Assembly: GCA_028534125.1 (NCBI GenBank)
Contig: CM052816.1
Location: 67,458,001 to 67,522,000 of the forward strand
From: Lama glama
Lineage: Eukaryota
DNA length: 64,000 nucleotides
Reading direction: 5' to 3'
In this document: positions 22,950-36,955 of the stretch, piece after piece
Position numbering within the stretch: the stretch's first letter is position 1
How the letters are laid out: the number at the start of each line of letters is the position of its first letter
Notes under the pieces: generated by a model
What the model was told of the DNA's origin: nothing
Seen by the model: the letters and a program-made list of their open reading frames with translations, nothing else
Database searches by the model: none
Position numbers and translations under genes: made by a program

Positions 22950-25900
22950 GGGTATCCACGTGAAGGTGGTGGCAGCAGCTACAATTGGTTATATACAGGG
23001 GAAATGATCAAATAAGTAAATACATTTAGAATAATGAAAACTAGTAAGTTTCATACTGCTAAAGAAGGCAGTAACTAATAATGGAAAGGGTGAAAATTTG
23101 AATGCTGTGCTGCACTGTGTCAGTATGATTAATGATTAATTCAAGTCACATTAATATTAGGATACTGATGTTCCTATATACTATAAAGATAAATACTTCT
23201 GTTTATGTGTGTATGTATCTATATGTGTGTGTGTGTGCGTGTATATTTCCCTCTTTTCTCCCCCAACTCTGTGCACCGAGAGGGCCAGGTCTGAGAACAG
23301 TGACATTCCAATAGCAACGAGCACACTTAACATCCAGGTCTTGTCTTCTAAAAATCAGTTTCCACTAAAAGAAGCCAGCTGAGAAATAAACAGCTGATTC
23401 TACGGCTAGTAAAAGTCTGGAACATTTTGTTGTGGCAAAAACCAAGGAAATGTCTAAATAATGATTGGGAAATATCAAAAGGACACAGAAAACAGCTTGA
23501 ATGGGTTCACATTGGCCAAATCAGGGACAATTTGAGCATTTAAATGAGAAAAAATACAGGAAGGATACAGATGGCGAAATACAGAAATCCAAGAGCTTAC
23601 CCCTCCATATACACACAGACACAAAAAAAAAATCAAGCGAAGTCTGTCAGAATCAACTTTATCACAACTCTGAAAAAAATCAAAGGTATTCAGCAATTAA
23701 GCAAATACTGAATCAAGAAAACGGAAACTTTTTAAATGATAGTAAAGCTCTGTGGCATTTTTCACTTGCTCTTGATCTACATCTCTCCCAGGCACATCTC
23801 TCCAGGAGATTTTGAAGACCCAGTGGAGGACTCTGGTCTCTGGTTCCACAGTGAGCAGAGTAAACCTTATTCTCACAGAATGTTTGTATAAACCTGTGTA
23901 GGGGCTACTTAAGGACTGAAGAGAGGAACTTGCCTTTGTTTTGTCTAACAGGGAAGCAGAAGTAGCCAAGCAGAGAGCAATCCTCCAAAACATTGTAAGG
24001 CAAATGAACAACCTTCACCCCCAACGCTGCCAGGGACAAAGGTTTACAATTCAGTAAACAACAGCATACCCAAAGCCTGGGAGGGAATTTTGGGGGGAAA
24101 TTATAGCATTGCAAAAAAAATCCCTTTGATCAGGAAAATTAGAAAACCACACAATTGCCCAGAGCAAGATGCATGCTCAGGTAAAAAACAAAACAAAACA
24201 AAAAAAAACCTGAGAAAACCCTACGCTTTCACCCCTGCCTGATACTCAAGATTCAGCAAAAGCAGTAGTAAGTGAAGGCTAAGACAGAATTACAAACGGT
24301 GTGGCTGAACATTAAAAAAATGCCCTAACACAGATCCCAAGAAGCAAAGACTGGGATAGTTCTTATTTTTTTCCTTTCTCTTTTTTTATTCCCTTTTGGC
24401 TCCAGACATGCATCTGCAACAAAACACTAGAATAAGGTAAAGATGGCTCTTGTTTGAAGAGCTCTAAGAACAGCAGTATCCATGGACAAACAGAATAAAA
24501 CTGCTATAGTACTGCACTGAAAACTACTTTCTGTAACCACTGAACTTTAGTAAAATCTTATTAAAGACTGCAACCTGTCTCAACTGTGATAAGCTAGTTT
24601 CTTGCTTGGCCCATGTGTGAAGGATTTACAAACTTCAGACAAGATAATATAATAATCCTAGTAATTTTACACTTTTTCATCGTGGGTTTTTCACATTAAT
24701 TTACATTTCATTAAAATATTACTTATCTCAACAATAACTAAAAACACTAGGGGATCACAATCTTCAGAAACTACCCAAGACAAAGAATACACTTTACAGA
24801 AACAGTTTAGAAAAATCACTAGATCAAATACACAACCACAACCCACAGCAAGCAATTCCAAGGATGGGAGTAAAAATATTTGATTCCTAGAGTCTCCAAA
24901 TTACAATATTCAAAATGTTCAATTTTCTAACAAAAATTATAAAGCATGCAAAGAGACAATAAAATATAATCCTCTCGGGGTTGGGGGTGGGGGGGTGGGG
25001 CTTGTGGTATTAGCAGAAACTGTGCCTGAGGAAGCACAGACATCAATTGTCTTAAATACAAAGAGCTAAAGGAAACCAGGAGAACAATGTCCCAACAAAT
25101 AGAATACCAATAAACAGACTAGAATTACAGAACGGAATCAAACAAATTCTGGAGCCAAAAAGTACAATAACTGAAATAAAAATTTCACTAGACAGTTTCA
25201 ACAGCAGATCTGAGCCAGTAGAAAAGACAATCAGAGAACTTGAAAAGGTCAATTAAAATTATCAGTCTGAGAAACAGGAAGAAAAAAAGAAAACTGAACA
25301 AAGCTGAAAAGACCCGTGGGACACCATTCAGCATACCAACATACACATAATGAAAGTATCAGGAGGAAAGGAGGGGAGAAAGAGTATTTGAAGAAACAAT
25401 GGTGAAACACTTATGAAATTAGCTAAAGACACAGACTATATATATCCAATAAGCTAACCAAACTCCAAGAAAGATAACACAAAAAGATTCACACTAAGAC
25501 ACATTATAATCAAACCATCAAAAGACAAATACAAGAGAATCTCCAAAGGCAACTCGTATAAAAAGGATCCTCAAATCAATGCGCCACATTAACAAAATGA
25601 AGGGAAAATACCATATGATCATCTCAGCTGGTGCAGAAAGGCACTGGACAGAATCTAACACCCTTTCATGACAAAAACACTCAAACTGACAAAGAACATG
25701 TATAAGAAAACCACAGCTAATATCATATTCAATGGTGAAAGACTAAAAGCATTAATCCCAAAATCAGGAACAAGACAAAGATACTTTGCTTTCACCACTA
25801 TACTCTATTCTATTCTACTCTATTCAACACTGTATTGGAAGTTCTAGCCAGCACAATTAGAAAAGAAATAAAAGGCATCCAGACTGAAAACAAAGAAATA

Positions 25901-27480
25901 AAACTATACTTATTCACAGATAACATGATCTTATATATGGGAAATTCTAAAAGAACCTAATGAAAAAACTAGCTAATAAACTCAACAACATCACAGGACA
26001 CAAGATCAACACAGAACACTCAGTTGTATTTCTATACATTAGCAGTAACAATTTAAAAAGGAAATGAAAAAAAAAAAAAGCCTATTCACAACAGCATCCA
26101 AAACATCCAGAAATAAATCTAACCAAGGAGGTATAAGATTTGTTCACTAAAATATACAAAATGTTGCTACAGGAAAATTTGAAAGACCTAAATTAATATA
26201 AAGACAAGCTAAGTTCAAGGACTGGGAAACTTAAATATTAAGATAGAAAAACTACCCAAAGTGATCGATAGATTCAACATAATCACTATTTAAATTCCAC
26301 TTTTTTGCAGAAACAGAAATGAATTTTCAAATTCATCTCGAACTGCAAGAAGTCCCAAACATCCATAACAATACTGAAAAAGGAGAATACAGTTACAGGA
26401 TTCATATATCCCTATTTCAAAACTTACTACAAAGCTACAGTGATCAAAACAATGTCTTAACTGGCATAGGGATAGATATATAAACCAATGGAATAGAACT
26501 CAGAATCCTGAAAAAGTCATACATGTATCGCTGATTTTTTTTTTCCAACAAAAGTGTTAAGATCATTCAATGAGGGGAAGAATAGTCTTTTCAACAAATG
26601 GGCTGTGACAACAATCCAATGGACCCCTATTCATACCTATTACAAAATTCATACTTATTACATAAATAAATCTACTCATACCTATTACAAAAATAAACTC
26701 AAGATGGATCAAAGACCTATAAAAGTTAAAACTATAAAACTAGCAGACGAAAACATGGAGGTAAAGCTTCTTGACCTTGGCTTTGGCGACAGATTTTTTG
26801 ATACGGCAACAAAAGCATAACTAGCAATAGAAAACAGAAACTGGACTTTATGAAACTTTAAAACTTCTACACAAAGGATATTATCTAGAAAGTAAAAAGA
26901 TAACTGACAGAATGGGAGAAAATATTTGCAAATCATATCTGACAAGAGTCTAATATCCAGAATATATAAAGAATTTTTATAACTCAACAAAAAGACAAAC
27001 AACCCAATTTAAAAACAGGCAAAGGACTTAGACATTTGTGCCCACCCTAAAAAAAAGGTAAATAACAAGTGCTGGCAAATATGTGGAGAAACTGGTACCC
27101 TTGTACATTATTAACGGGAAGGTAAACTGGTACAAGCACTGCAGAAAACAGTTTGATGATTCCTCAGAAAGGTAAACATGTAACATATGACATAGCAGTA
27201 CCACTACCACGTATGTACAACATAAAGAATTGAAAATGAGTACTCAGATACTTGTACACCAATGTTCACAGCACATCTACTCACCCTAGCCAAGAGGTGG
27301 AAATATCTCAATGTACACCAACAGATAAACAAATGAGGCAGGCACAAGAGACTTGGGGATGCTAATAAATGGTGTTAACACAGTGTGTTCTTTTTGAGGA
27401 TGTATCGAAGCTGTACACTTAGAACTTGTGCATGTTAGTGCGTGTGTGTTGCCATTAATAAAACATTCAAATGAAAACTT
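22950..27480 (+). mobile_element. Old L1 cluster: an L1 3' fragment (about 22950-23560) followed by a long, internally deleted L1 (5' region, ORF1 about 24900-25570, ORF2 about 25575-27300, 3' UTR)
   Basis: Recognisable ORF1 and ORF2 DNA, e.g. catatgatcatctcagctggtgcagaaaggc, ttattcacagataacatgatc, aatagtcttttcaacaaatgg; many stops and frameshifts. Confidence 0.88.
24431..24740 (+). pseudogene. Probable 5'-truncated retrocopy of an unidentified mRNA 3' end, nested in the L1
   Basis: Perfect 10-bp TSD aaaacactag at 24421-24430 and 24741-24750; ATTAAA at 24710-24715 followed by a decayed A-rich tail. Confidence 0.55.
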
Positions 27481-27519
27481 TTTTTGAACAGAAAACCGGG
27501 AAAAAAGTTCCCAAGAACT

Positions 27520-28075
27520 ATTTAGTAACAATGAGCTAATCACTTGGGTCCAATGATTTAATCATCTCGCCTAGTTGATGGGCCCCCATAAAAACCTTAA
27601 AAGAAGGGGTACAGGATACGGAGAGCTTCTAGGCTGGTGAACATGCCTACATGCTGAGGCAGCAGCACACACAAAACTTCACAGGGACCCTTCCAGATCT
27701 CACCCTACGTACCTCTTCACCTGTCTGACGTCCTTTATAATAACCTTTACAATAAACTGGTAACAGCATTTCCCTGAATTCTGTGAGCCATTACAGCAAA
27801 ATATCAAAGGAGGGGTGGGGAGGGGAGAGGAGGAATGTGTCTGTGGGACTTCCAATCTGCACCCAAATGGGACAGAAGTGAGGGTGACATGAGAATCTAC
27901 TACTTAAGACTGGTATCTGAAAGTGGGGGTAGAGAGGCAGTCCTATGGGACAGAGCTCTTAACCTGCAGTCTAAACTAATCCAGGTAATTAGTGTCACAA
28001 AATTCTAGTTGAATTAAATTGTAGAACATCCAGTCATATGTCCACAAAAAACTGGAGAACTGTTTGGTATATGAA
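27520..28075 (+). mobile_element. MER21-like LTR fragment
   Basis: ggagagcttctaggctggtgaac, gggacccttccagatctcaccct and aataaactggtaa...ttccctgaattctgtgagcc motifs. Confidence 0.75.
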
Positions 28076-30459
28076 CACAGAGTATCTAACAATCACTCAA
28101 AAAAAAAAAGGGAGTGGGGTATATGCTCTAAATAAAGAGCTAATAACATGGGCACTGACACCACAAATATATTTGGTTTTTCAGGGTCCTTCAACATAAC
28201 AGACATTCAATAAGCACTGCTCATACACACAAAACTCCTAGGCAGCTTTTTTTCACCTCATTCTTAAATATGAAGTCCAAACATTTTAAGGAAGATGGCA
28301 ATAGGAAAGAGATCACTAAAAACCATGACCACAAAGGAAACAAATAATTCAAGAAATAACCAGCCAAATGGAATTTTCAGAACCCCAAAGATAAAGAGCA
28401 ACTTCCAGAGAGAAAAAAAGAGAACTTTCTCCCACCAATGAAAAAAAAGCAGATTGCATCAAACTTCTTAAAACATCTCATACTACAAGACAACACAAAA
28501 TAGCAATCAAAGTGCTGAAGGAAAAAATATTTTGGATCATGAAAGTTATACCCAAAATATCAAAAATGAGACACCTAAAAAATGAACAAAAACAAGAGGC
28601 AGATAAATACATTCTCAATCAAGCAGTTCCTAACAGCCAGAAAGAAAAAGACCAGTGATCAACATTTTTTTGCCAGCTAAATACACAGACAGTTCCTTTA
28701 AAAAATTAAATGACTATTAAACAGAAGATGCCCATCTATGCTCATAACACAGAAATACAAGTTAAAATACTGGAACTACTCACCTACCAGACTGGCAAAA
28801 ATCTTTGTTAGGGTGAATCCAAAAAAGCTTGTAGTCTAGAGTTAATTTTGCCCCACTGACTGGAAGTAATCCTTCTGAAGAATGTGCCCATACTCCATCT
28901 ATTAGGTGGTCTTTCCACCTGGGCTGATGGGAACATAAACTTTTCCTGGTCCAATGTAAATCTTTGGAATTGTTTCGCCTACTCCTTTCTGATGGTTCTA
29001 TTCCCTGGTTTAAGTAGCTTCCAGATACACTTGCGTAGGTCAGTCCTAAGTCAAACCCTTGAGTCGACTCTTCTAAGTTCTCTATGCGAATTTCCTATTT
29101 TGCTCCTCACATTCAACCTACTTCGATGTTTTCAAATTTTCAGCTGTTTCCACAACTTTTAATAAGACCACCAGGCTATGTTTGAATTCACCATCTCTAG
29201 GCTTTGACCTATTAATTTTCTTTAAGCAATGAGCTGGGGCATTTGTAAGATTCACAACCTCCTGTCATCCAATGTTTAAAGCTTAACCAATTTCACCACA
29301 AGTTTCTTACCAAAAGATTCACTATCTGTGTATGCTATTCCACTAAATGCAATTAAGCTTCCCATAAAAAAAAATCTGATATATCTGTTTTCTGAATGAC
29401 ATAATTCATCAACAAAAATGTTATTTACAGGGCAGATACTCCAAACCAGTGCTTTAAACAATACTCTCCACAAGAACACATACCAGTAGGGAATGAAGGA
29501 CTGAAGGAAGAACAGGAGGGAGTGAGGGTGTGAAATGAGCTCATTCTTCCCTGGTACCAGGAGTGGCCATTACACGTTAAAAAACAAGGGTGCAATAACG
29601 GTAATAATTATCCTCAAACTACAAAAATGTGAAATCCATCAGATTAAACTACAATGAATATGATATCAATTTAATTCCTAATTGGTTACTTTGTGCTGAA
29701 ACTTCGCATCAGTAGATTCATCAGCAATGAATAGTAGATCTTTTTGACTTTCAGGACTGAAAGAGGTAGAGACAGAAAAAACTTTACATCACAATTACTC
29801 CTCTTAGTAACAAAAGGTATTTTAATTCCCATTTTACAAATTAAAAAAAAAAAACTTTAGCTTAAAGAGGTTGTACCCAAGGTGACACAGCTAGTTCCTA
29901 ATGAGTTTCAAATAAAAATGCCTTGCTCCAGTCTTTTCATCTAAATTATGGCAGAGAATCTTTTAAAATTTAACTTTCCTGTCTGATTTGCTGAGACCTC
30001 AGTGTACCCCCTCTGTCTTCGATGTCCTTGGACTCAGGTGGCTAGCAGCCCTCCTGGAGCTCAGAGCCAGCCCCTCTGCATCATGTCAGCATGAGCATCC
30101 CACAACGTCCCACTGATGCACATTTATGTCCCACTGATGCAATTTCCTCAGTATTTTCAAGAGTGCCTGTTGCACACCTGCCAGCATTGTGGGCTATTCT
30201 TTTAGCTGGTTTTTTTTGCAGCTTTAAGACATTGAATGCTGTGTGGTTGGGGGGTGGGGGGGAATATATACCTATGTCTATATATATATAACTTTCCTAT
30301 TTACAGAATGGGCTCAGTAACTTGCATGTCAAACTTTCCAGAATTAGGGAATCGTAAACACTAAGAATAGTCTCCTTAATGCCAGATTAAAGGCCTAAAC
30401 ACCTTTTTATTTAGCATAACTCCTTTTTTTTGGTATATGAACCTAATAATAGAGGTTTC

Positions 30460-31085
30460 CATTTTTTTTAGTTGAAGAATAGTTGATTTACAATGTGTTC
30501 ATTTCAGGTATACAGTGAAGTGATTGTTTTCTATATATGTGTATATTTATGTATATATATATTCCTTTCCAGATTCTCTTCCATTATAGGTTATTAGAAG
30601 ATATTTTGTTCGTTTTCATTTGGGGGTGGGATGGTGATTAGGTTTATTTCTTTATTTTTTGAATGTAGGTACTAGGGATTGAACCCAGGACCTCATGCAT
30701 GCTAAGCATGCACTCTATCACTGAGCTGTACCCTCCCCCCAGGTTATTACAAAGTACTGAACATAACTCCTTATGCTATACAGAAGGTCTTATTACCTAT
30801 TTTATATATAGTAGTGTGTATCTGTTAATCTTAAACTCTAAATTTATCCCTTTCCTCCCCCACCGTTTCCCCTTTGGCAAGCTATAAATTTCTTATATGT
30901 CTGTGAGTCTATTTCCATTTTTGTAAGTAAGTTCTTTTGTATCATTTTTTAAATTCCACATATAAGTGATGTATATTTATCTTTCTGTCTGATTTCCTTC
31001 ACTTAATATGATCATTTCTAGGTCCATCCATGTTGCTGCAAATGGCATTATTTCATTCTTTTTTATGGCTGAGTAATATTCCTGT

Positions 31086-31117
<32 letters not shown>

Positions 31118-31165
31118 ACGTACACACCTTTATCCATTCATCGATGGACATTTAGGTTTCTCCCA
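30460..31165 (-). mobile_element. Artiodactyl-type L1 3' end containing a SINE and a (TG)n run (31084-31116)
   Basis: atagttgatttacaatgtg...tctaggtccatccatgttgctgcaaatggc. Confidence 0.85.
30604..30740 (-). mobile_element. tRNA-derived SINE nested in L1
   Basis: Reverse A and B boxes; aggttatta duplicated at 30588 and 30741. Confidence 0.88.
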
Positions 31166-31169
31166 CATA

Positions 31170-32220
31170 TGTTTCCACTTTAAAAGCCAGTGATTAAGAC
31201 ACCATAGCATTAATATGTGAATAGAAAGAAGTATCAGCTGGAGAGAACAAAAGTTCATACACCCAACACATATGGAAATTCAGTATGTGAGAAAAATTGG
31301 GAAAACTTTCCTAGTTCAAAGCTTACCCAAAATAATCATCAAACGGATAAAAGATTGAAAAGGAAAAAAAGCAAAGTCATTATAGAAAAAGTAGGGGAAA
31401 TTTTTACGGTATCAGAAAGGGGAAGGGAAACCTTTCAAAGTAAGACACAGAAGTGATAAAAATATATTTACATATAAACTAAAAGAACATTTTATATGAC
31501 AAAATTCACAACCAAGGTCAAAGGAAAGACACAGCAACAAAGGAGGGAGGATGGGACACAAAGAATACCACAAAGCATATATTTTCCTTCATACATAAGA
31601 TGCTCCTACAAATCAACAGAAAAAGAACTCAATTAAAAAATGGAGAAATATAGAGGCCACAAGAAAAGATCTTATATACAAAAATTTTTCATTCTTATTT
31701 GAAAGAAAAGAGCCAACACCTGAGGAAAAAGTTTGATTCCCCATTAGCACTGGAAATTTAAGACTGCTATGGAGAACAATTTGGCACAGCACTCAAATTA
31801 CACTCAAAAATTCCACTTATCAAAATGTACTCCACATTTACAAGATATTCACTAGCATTGTTTATAATAGTATAGAAAAGAAAGATGAAACAACTTAATG
31901 TATACTACCAGTAGCAATCAGTTAAGTATTATGCGGCCAATAAAAGAACGGGTTAGCTTTACGCATATTAATATGGAGTAACTTTCAAGGTATCTCCTTA
32001 AGTAAAAAGATCATAGAGCAAGGTGGATCATGCTACTTACTCAGAAAGAAAAAATATTACGTGCTTATATATACATGAGGTCTCTCCAGAAAAACCCATA
32101 GAAAACTAAGAGTAGTTTCTTCAAACAATTACTGCTGAGCAATAGGAAAGAGGGTGACTTTTCTCTAAAAACTCTTGTACTATTTGTCATTTGCACTGTG
32201 TGCATGTATTCAAAGTAATT
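31170..32220 (+). mobile_element. Ancient L1ME-like fragments
   Basis: Degenerate ORF2-end and 3' UTR motifs, e.g. gatattcactagcattgtttataatag. Confidence 0.6.
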
Positions 32221-34069
32221 TTAAATTCTTAGTCTGACTCAACTTTACCACTTCTTGAATCCTCAAATTCTAACATAATCCATCTTTTTCTGAAGCCAAA
32301 TTAGGCTGAAGAGCAGGATCCCAAGGGAGAAGACAAGTTTCAACAAATGAATTTTTAAAGTAAGCCTAATCCTATGAAAAAGCCAGTTCACAAAGTGGTA
32401 ACAGATATAGGATCCTTGATATGAAATCATGATTGATATGGTATGAAAGATTTGGAAATTCAGGTACCTTACTTTAAGGACATAAATGGCTATGAAGATA
32501 AAAATATATACTGAACATACATATGAATAAATACATACACATATGCATGCATGCGTGTGCACGCACACACTACTTGCTAGACAATTTGCTTAGGGCTTTA
32601 TAAGCATTATCTCATTTAGTCCGCACTACATCCCCAGGAGGTTGATACTACCTTTTCTTCAAAACAAGAAAAACAGGTTTCACATAGATGTAAAGCACAT
32701 TTTCCTCTAAAGTTGCCAGAGCCACAGTACTACTCGTCAGTGGTAGCTCAAATTCTTAACCACTATACGCACCCTACACATACTGTAAATAACCTAAGAT
32801 ACATTAGGTAGAGATCTTACATTATATAAAACACTAGCTTTAACAAGTATGTCTCTAAATTTTGAATTTAAGCTTTACTCTTACCTGTCAGGCACTGTCC
32901 TGAGCTACAGCTTTATATCAAACCATACAAAATACAGATCTCAATCTCCTAGACAAGTCTTCTAGGATGGAGAGGACAAGTAGTTTGAGCTACTACAGCA
33001 TTTGCAACTTGCTTTTCACCAACCCAGCCAACTTTGTCTCTATACAGACTCCTGTCCTCTCATCAAATTCAGTTCTTGGGAGGTCCTAATTTAAAGGACT
33101 AAGGTGAAAACATTTTTACTCACTTGTCCTCATTTCCACAATATGCCTATAAAAGAAATTCGTTTTAAATGAAGAGAGACCAAAGAGTATTTCTTGTGAA
33201 AAATCTGAAAACTACTAGTTGAGTTAAAGAAGAAAAAAAAATGAGGCAACTAGGTTTGCATAGGAAAGTCCTTAAGACACCTTGACTATCAGGGGAATCC
33301 ATTTCTCAAGTAGTTTTCAACCTGGCTAGTGTGCATAAAGCAATGATTTCATCACTCACCTAATGATTTAAAGTTTAACATCCTGCTAGAGCTTTAGTAA
33401 AAAGCCTCCTTGCAAGGAATCTGTAAGGTCCAAAGCAAGACCAAACAGAGAATCTGTAATACTAAAAACAAAGCTCTGTGAGCATAAACCTGCATTTGCA
33501 TCTTTGCAGAGGAAATGTAAAAGGATGTTTCCTTCTCAAATAAAGACACCAATTAATATAAATGAATTGTCATGGCGTTTCTGATTTCTGAAAATGAGAA
33601 GCCTAAATTGGCCACCCACATATTTCAAAGACACTCCTTGAAATTCAAAGCCTGTTTTACCTTTTTAAACATGAGAGGGCAATTTCACTAGATTTTAATC
33701 CCTCTGATTGAACACTTCAAAACTGGGGAAGTTTTTTAAAAGGCAAGGGTCATAATAAAAAAGTCTTTATCAGGCAGTCCCTTCAGAAAGGTTATAGCAA
33801 ATCCAAAGTCAGCCTTGAATCTAGTAAACAGACTAGAAGCTCATGTAACAATTATTTAAGTCTAGGAAAATAAAACAGCTTCTTTATGATCAGAAAACAA
33901 AGAAACCTGGCTGTAAAGAATCCTCTAACAAATTTCACCTAGGCCCCAACCCCAAGCAGTTAAACAGCAGTTATATAATAAAAATACCAACTGCATATAC
34001 TCAATTCTGGGGGAAGGCTACATTACCTAAGATGTTAACAATTCTTTTGCTCTGCAAGTAACTGCACTG

Positions 34070-34960
34070 AGCGCATTAACAAGTGAGACAAGGTAAATGC
34101 CTTAGAAGTTTATGCAACAAAGATGAGTGAGAGTAAGTAAGATAATTAAAAGACTGCTTTGAATAAAATACATAGGATAATATAGAGTAACGAGAAATCA
34201 AAGGATACAGTAAGGGGGTTGCTCCCTTTACACAGAATGGTTATAGAGAGTCGCTCAGAATGTAACACATGAGCAAAAACTGAGCTAACATGGAAAAAAA
34301 CAGAGGAAGATGGAACAAACATAAAGGCCCAAATAAATAAATTAATTAATTAATATTTGTTAAAAAAAAAAGAACACAAAAGGTCCAAAAACAGGAAGGA
34401 AAATGCCTGGTGTGTTCAAGGAAGAGAAAGGCCAAAGGTCTAGGAAGACGGCAAGCAAGGTTGCAGAGAAAGGAAGAGGACAATGTGGATGCTTGTAAGC
34501 TGCATGTTATCAAGTATAATGGAAAGACACTATGCTGTGTGAATAATGAACTATAGAAGTGCAAGAATGGCACATTAACGAAGTTACTAGTAATTTCACG
34601 TAAGAGAAGATTAGTGGCTTGGATAAGCCCAGCGGCAATGGAATAGAAATGGATGTATTTGGGAGATTTGAAATAGAATAGAGCAAATAGATTTGCTAAT
34701 TGGTTAGATGGGAGGAAAAGAACAAATCACAGGTGATTCCTTGGTAATTTAGCTCGAATAGGTGGACAGTGTATCCATTTATTGAACTAGGGAAGAAAGG
34801 AGGTAGTATGGGGCCAAGAAACCCCAAGTGCACTTTGGGGTATATTAAATTTGTAAACTAAATGGAGAAGTCAAGGTTAGTCAAATTACAAGAATAGAAA
34901 ATGGGGTAGAGGTCTGGAGATTTAAATTTAAGATAATTTGCATAAAGATGCCATTTAAAA
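34070..34960 (-). mobile_element. L2 fragment
   Basis: Purine-rich antisense L2 motifs, e.g. tgcctggtgtgttcaaggaa and gatttgctaattggttagatg. Confidence 0.65.
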
Positions 34961-36290
34961 CTATGGTACCATATCACAGGTTAAACAAAAATTACGTTAG
35001 AAGACTAATGCATCATGGTTCAACAATTTTAAACATGTTATAAAATGCAATCTAAATACAGCTGGTTTCTGCTCAGTGTTGTCCCTTCAACTTACACTTA
35101 CCTATTTCTCCCATCTAGTCTCCCTTCTGGTAGATCATATGGTCCCCAACCACTAGTATCTATGTAACCCAGCCATAACAACATTACTAGCAATGTTTAT
35201 CAATTTACAATTTCAAAGCATTCAGCATTCATTATTTCACTTGATTCTAATGAAAACTTTGTGAAGCAGTAGCAGCTTTATTAGAGAAGGAAATAATAAT
35301 CTTATTAAGGTTGGCCTAGCCAACATCAAATAGCTATTATTTCCTAGATGGGATGAAACCAGGATTCAAATTCAGGAACTGTTTACTCTGTATTCACAGA
35401 ACTTCAGAGCTAACAAACTACAAGAGCTCAGGAATTTTACATTTTTGCCTTGTTTGCTATTAAATGCTCAGCACCAACGAAAGTGCAGGCACATTATAGG
35501 CACTCAAACATCTACTGAGGCAATGAACATCTTCTCTAGCACGAATTAGTACTCAAGAAATAAAAATCTCAGATTCACTAGAGTCAATGTTTTACATTTA
35601 ACATATTAATACTACTTTCTCCTTTCCAGTATAGAAATGCCATTTATTTTCCAAGTATGTTTAAGTATAAAATTAGGTAATATCTAACATTCCAAGCCAC
35701 TCAAAAGAAGATTGTTCTACAAATTAAAGATGGCATTATTTTGCAACAGGTCTTATTTCACATACCCATAAAAACAATTCTCCCCTTTCAATCCAAATTT
35801 CCTATAAAAGAATTTAGGAAAGAAAAGATGTCCACCAGGTTTTAAAATAAAGTAAAAAGAAAAAGCCAAATGCTACCATTTCTGTTTATCAGCTACTGTT
35901 CTACAGATTTGACATGATACATAACTTATCAAGGAAAAGGTCACAAATAGTCCCACACATGTAAGTTCAATTGATATTCAACAGAGGTATTTCAATGTGA
36001 TTCAGCTGGATAAAGAGTCAAACTCATTTGACACAACACTGTAAAATGATTATGAATCAATAAAAAATGTAAAAAAAAAAAAAAGCAAAACTGCATTGAC
36101 AAAGTCAGGTCAATCTTACTTAATAAGACTTAGACAGGTTTTGTTTGGAGACTGCAATTTCCCCAGTGATAGATATATTCAACCATAATTTTCCTTCACA
36201 TTCTGTACTGAGTTTTGCTGAATCCAAATATGTATATAGAAGGCATGTATTCACTATGTACAACTGAATATTAATAAACACATAGGTATC

Positions 36291-36790
36291 NNNNNNNNNN
36301 NNNNNNNNNNNNNNNNNNNNNNNNNNNNNNNNNNNNNNNNNNNNNNNNNNNNNNNNNNNNNNNNNNNNNNNNNNNNNNNNNNNNNNNNNNNNNNNNNNNN
36401 NNNNNNNNNNNNNNNNNNNNNNNNNNNNNNNNNNNNNNNNNNNNNNNNNNNNNNNNNNNNNNNNNNNNNNNNNNNNNNNNNNNNNNNNNNNNNNNNNNNN
36501 NNNNNNNNNNNNNNNNNNNNNNNNNNNNNNNNNNNNNNNNNNNNNNNNNNNNNNNNNNNNNNNNNNNNNNNNNNNNNNNNNNNNNNNNNNNNNNNNNNNN
36601 NNNNNNNNNNNNNNNNNNNNNNNNNNNNNNNNNNNNNNNNNNNNNNNNNNNNNNNNNNNNNNNNNNNNNNNNNNNNNNNNNNNNNNNNNNNNNNNNNNNN
36701 NNNNNNNNNNNNNNNNNNNNNNNNNNNNNNNNNNNNNNNNNNNNNNNNNNNNNNNNNNNNNNNNNNNNNNNNNNNNNNNNNNNNNNNNNN
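36291..36790. other. Assembly gap (500 N)
   Basis: Run of exactly 500 N. Confidence 1.
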
Positions 36791-36955
36791 ATTTTGCTAA
36801 TTTGTGCTCTCTCTTTTTTCTTCTTTGTGAGTTTGGGCAGAGGTTTGTCGATTTTATTTACTTTTTCAAAAAACCAGCTTTTGGTTTGATTGATTTTTTT
36901 CTATGGTCTTGTTAATCTCTATTGTATTTAATTCCTCTCTGATCTTTATTATTTT
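36791..36955 (-). mobile_element. Low-divergence L1 ORF2 fragment abutting the gap
   Basis: aggtttgtcgattttatttactttttcaaaaaaccagcttttggtttgattg is antisense L1 ORF2. Confidence 0.85.

Noticed and set aside
26625..26695. Short direct repeats resembling an array
   Set aside because: Local slippage duplication of catacctattacaaaa inside L1; no CRISPR-like repeat-spacer structure, and the sequence is mammalian.
26554..27002. 88-aa and 97-aa ORFs
   Set aside because: Sense and antisense frames of decayed L1 ORF2.
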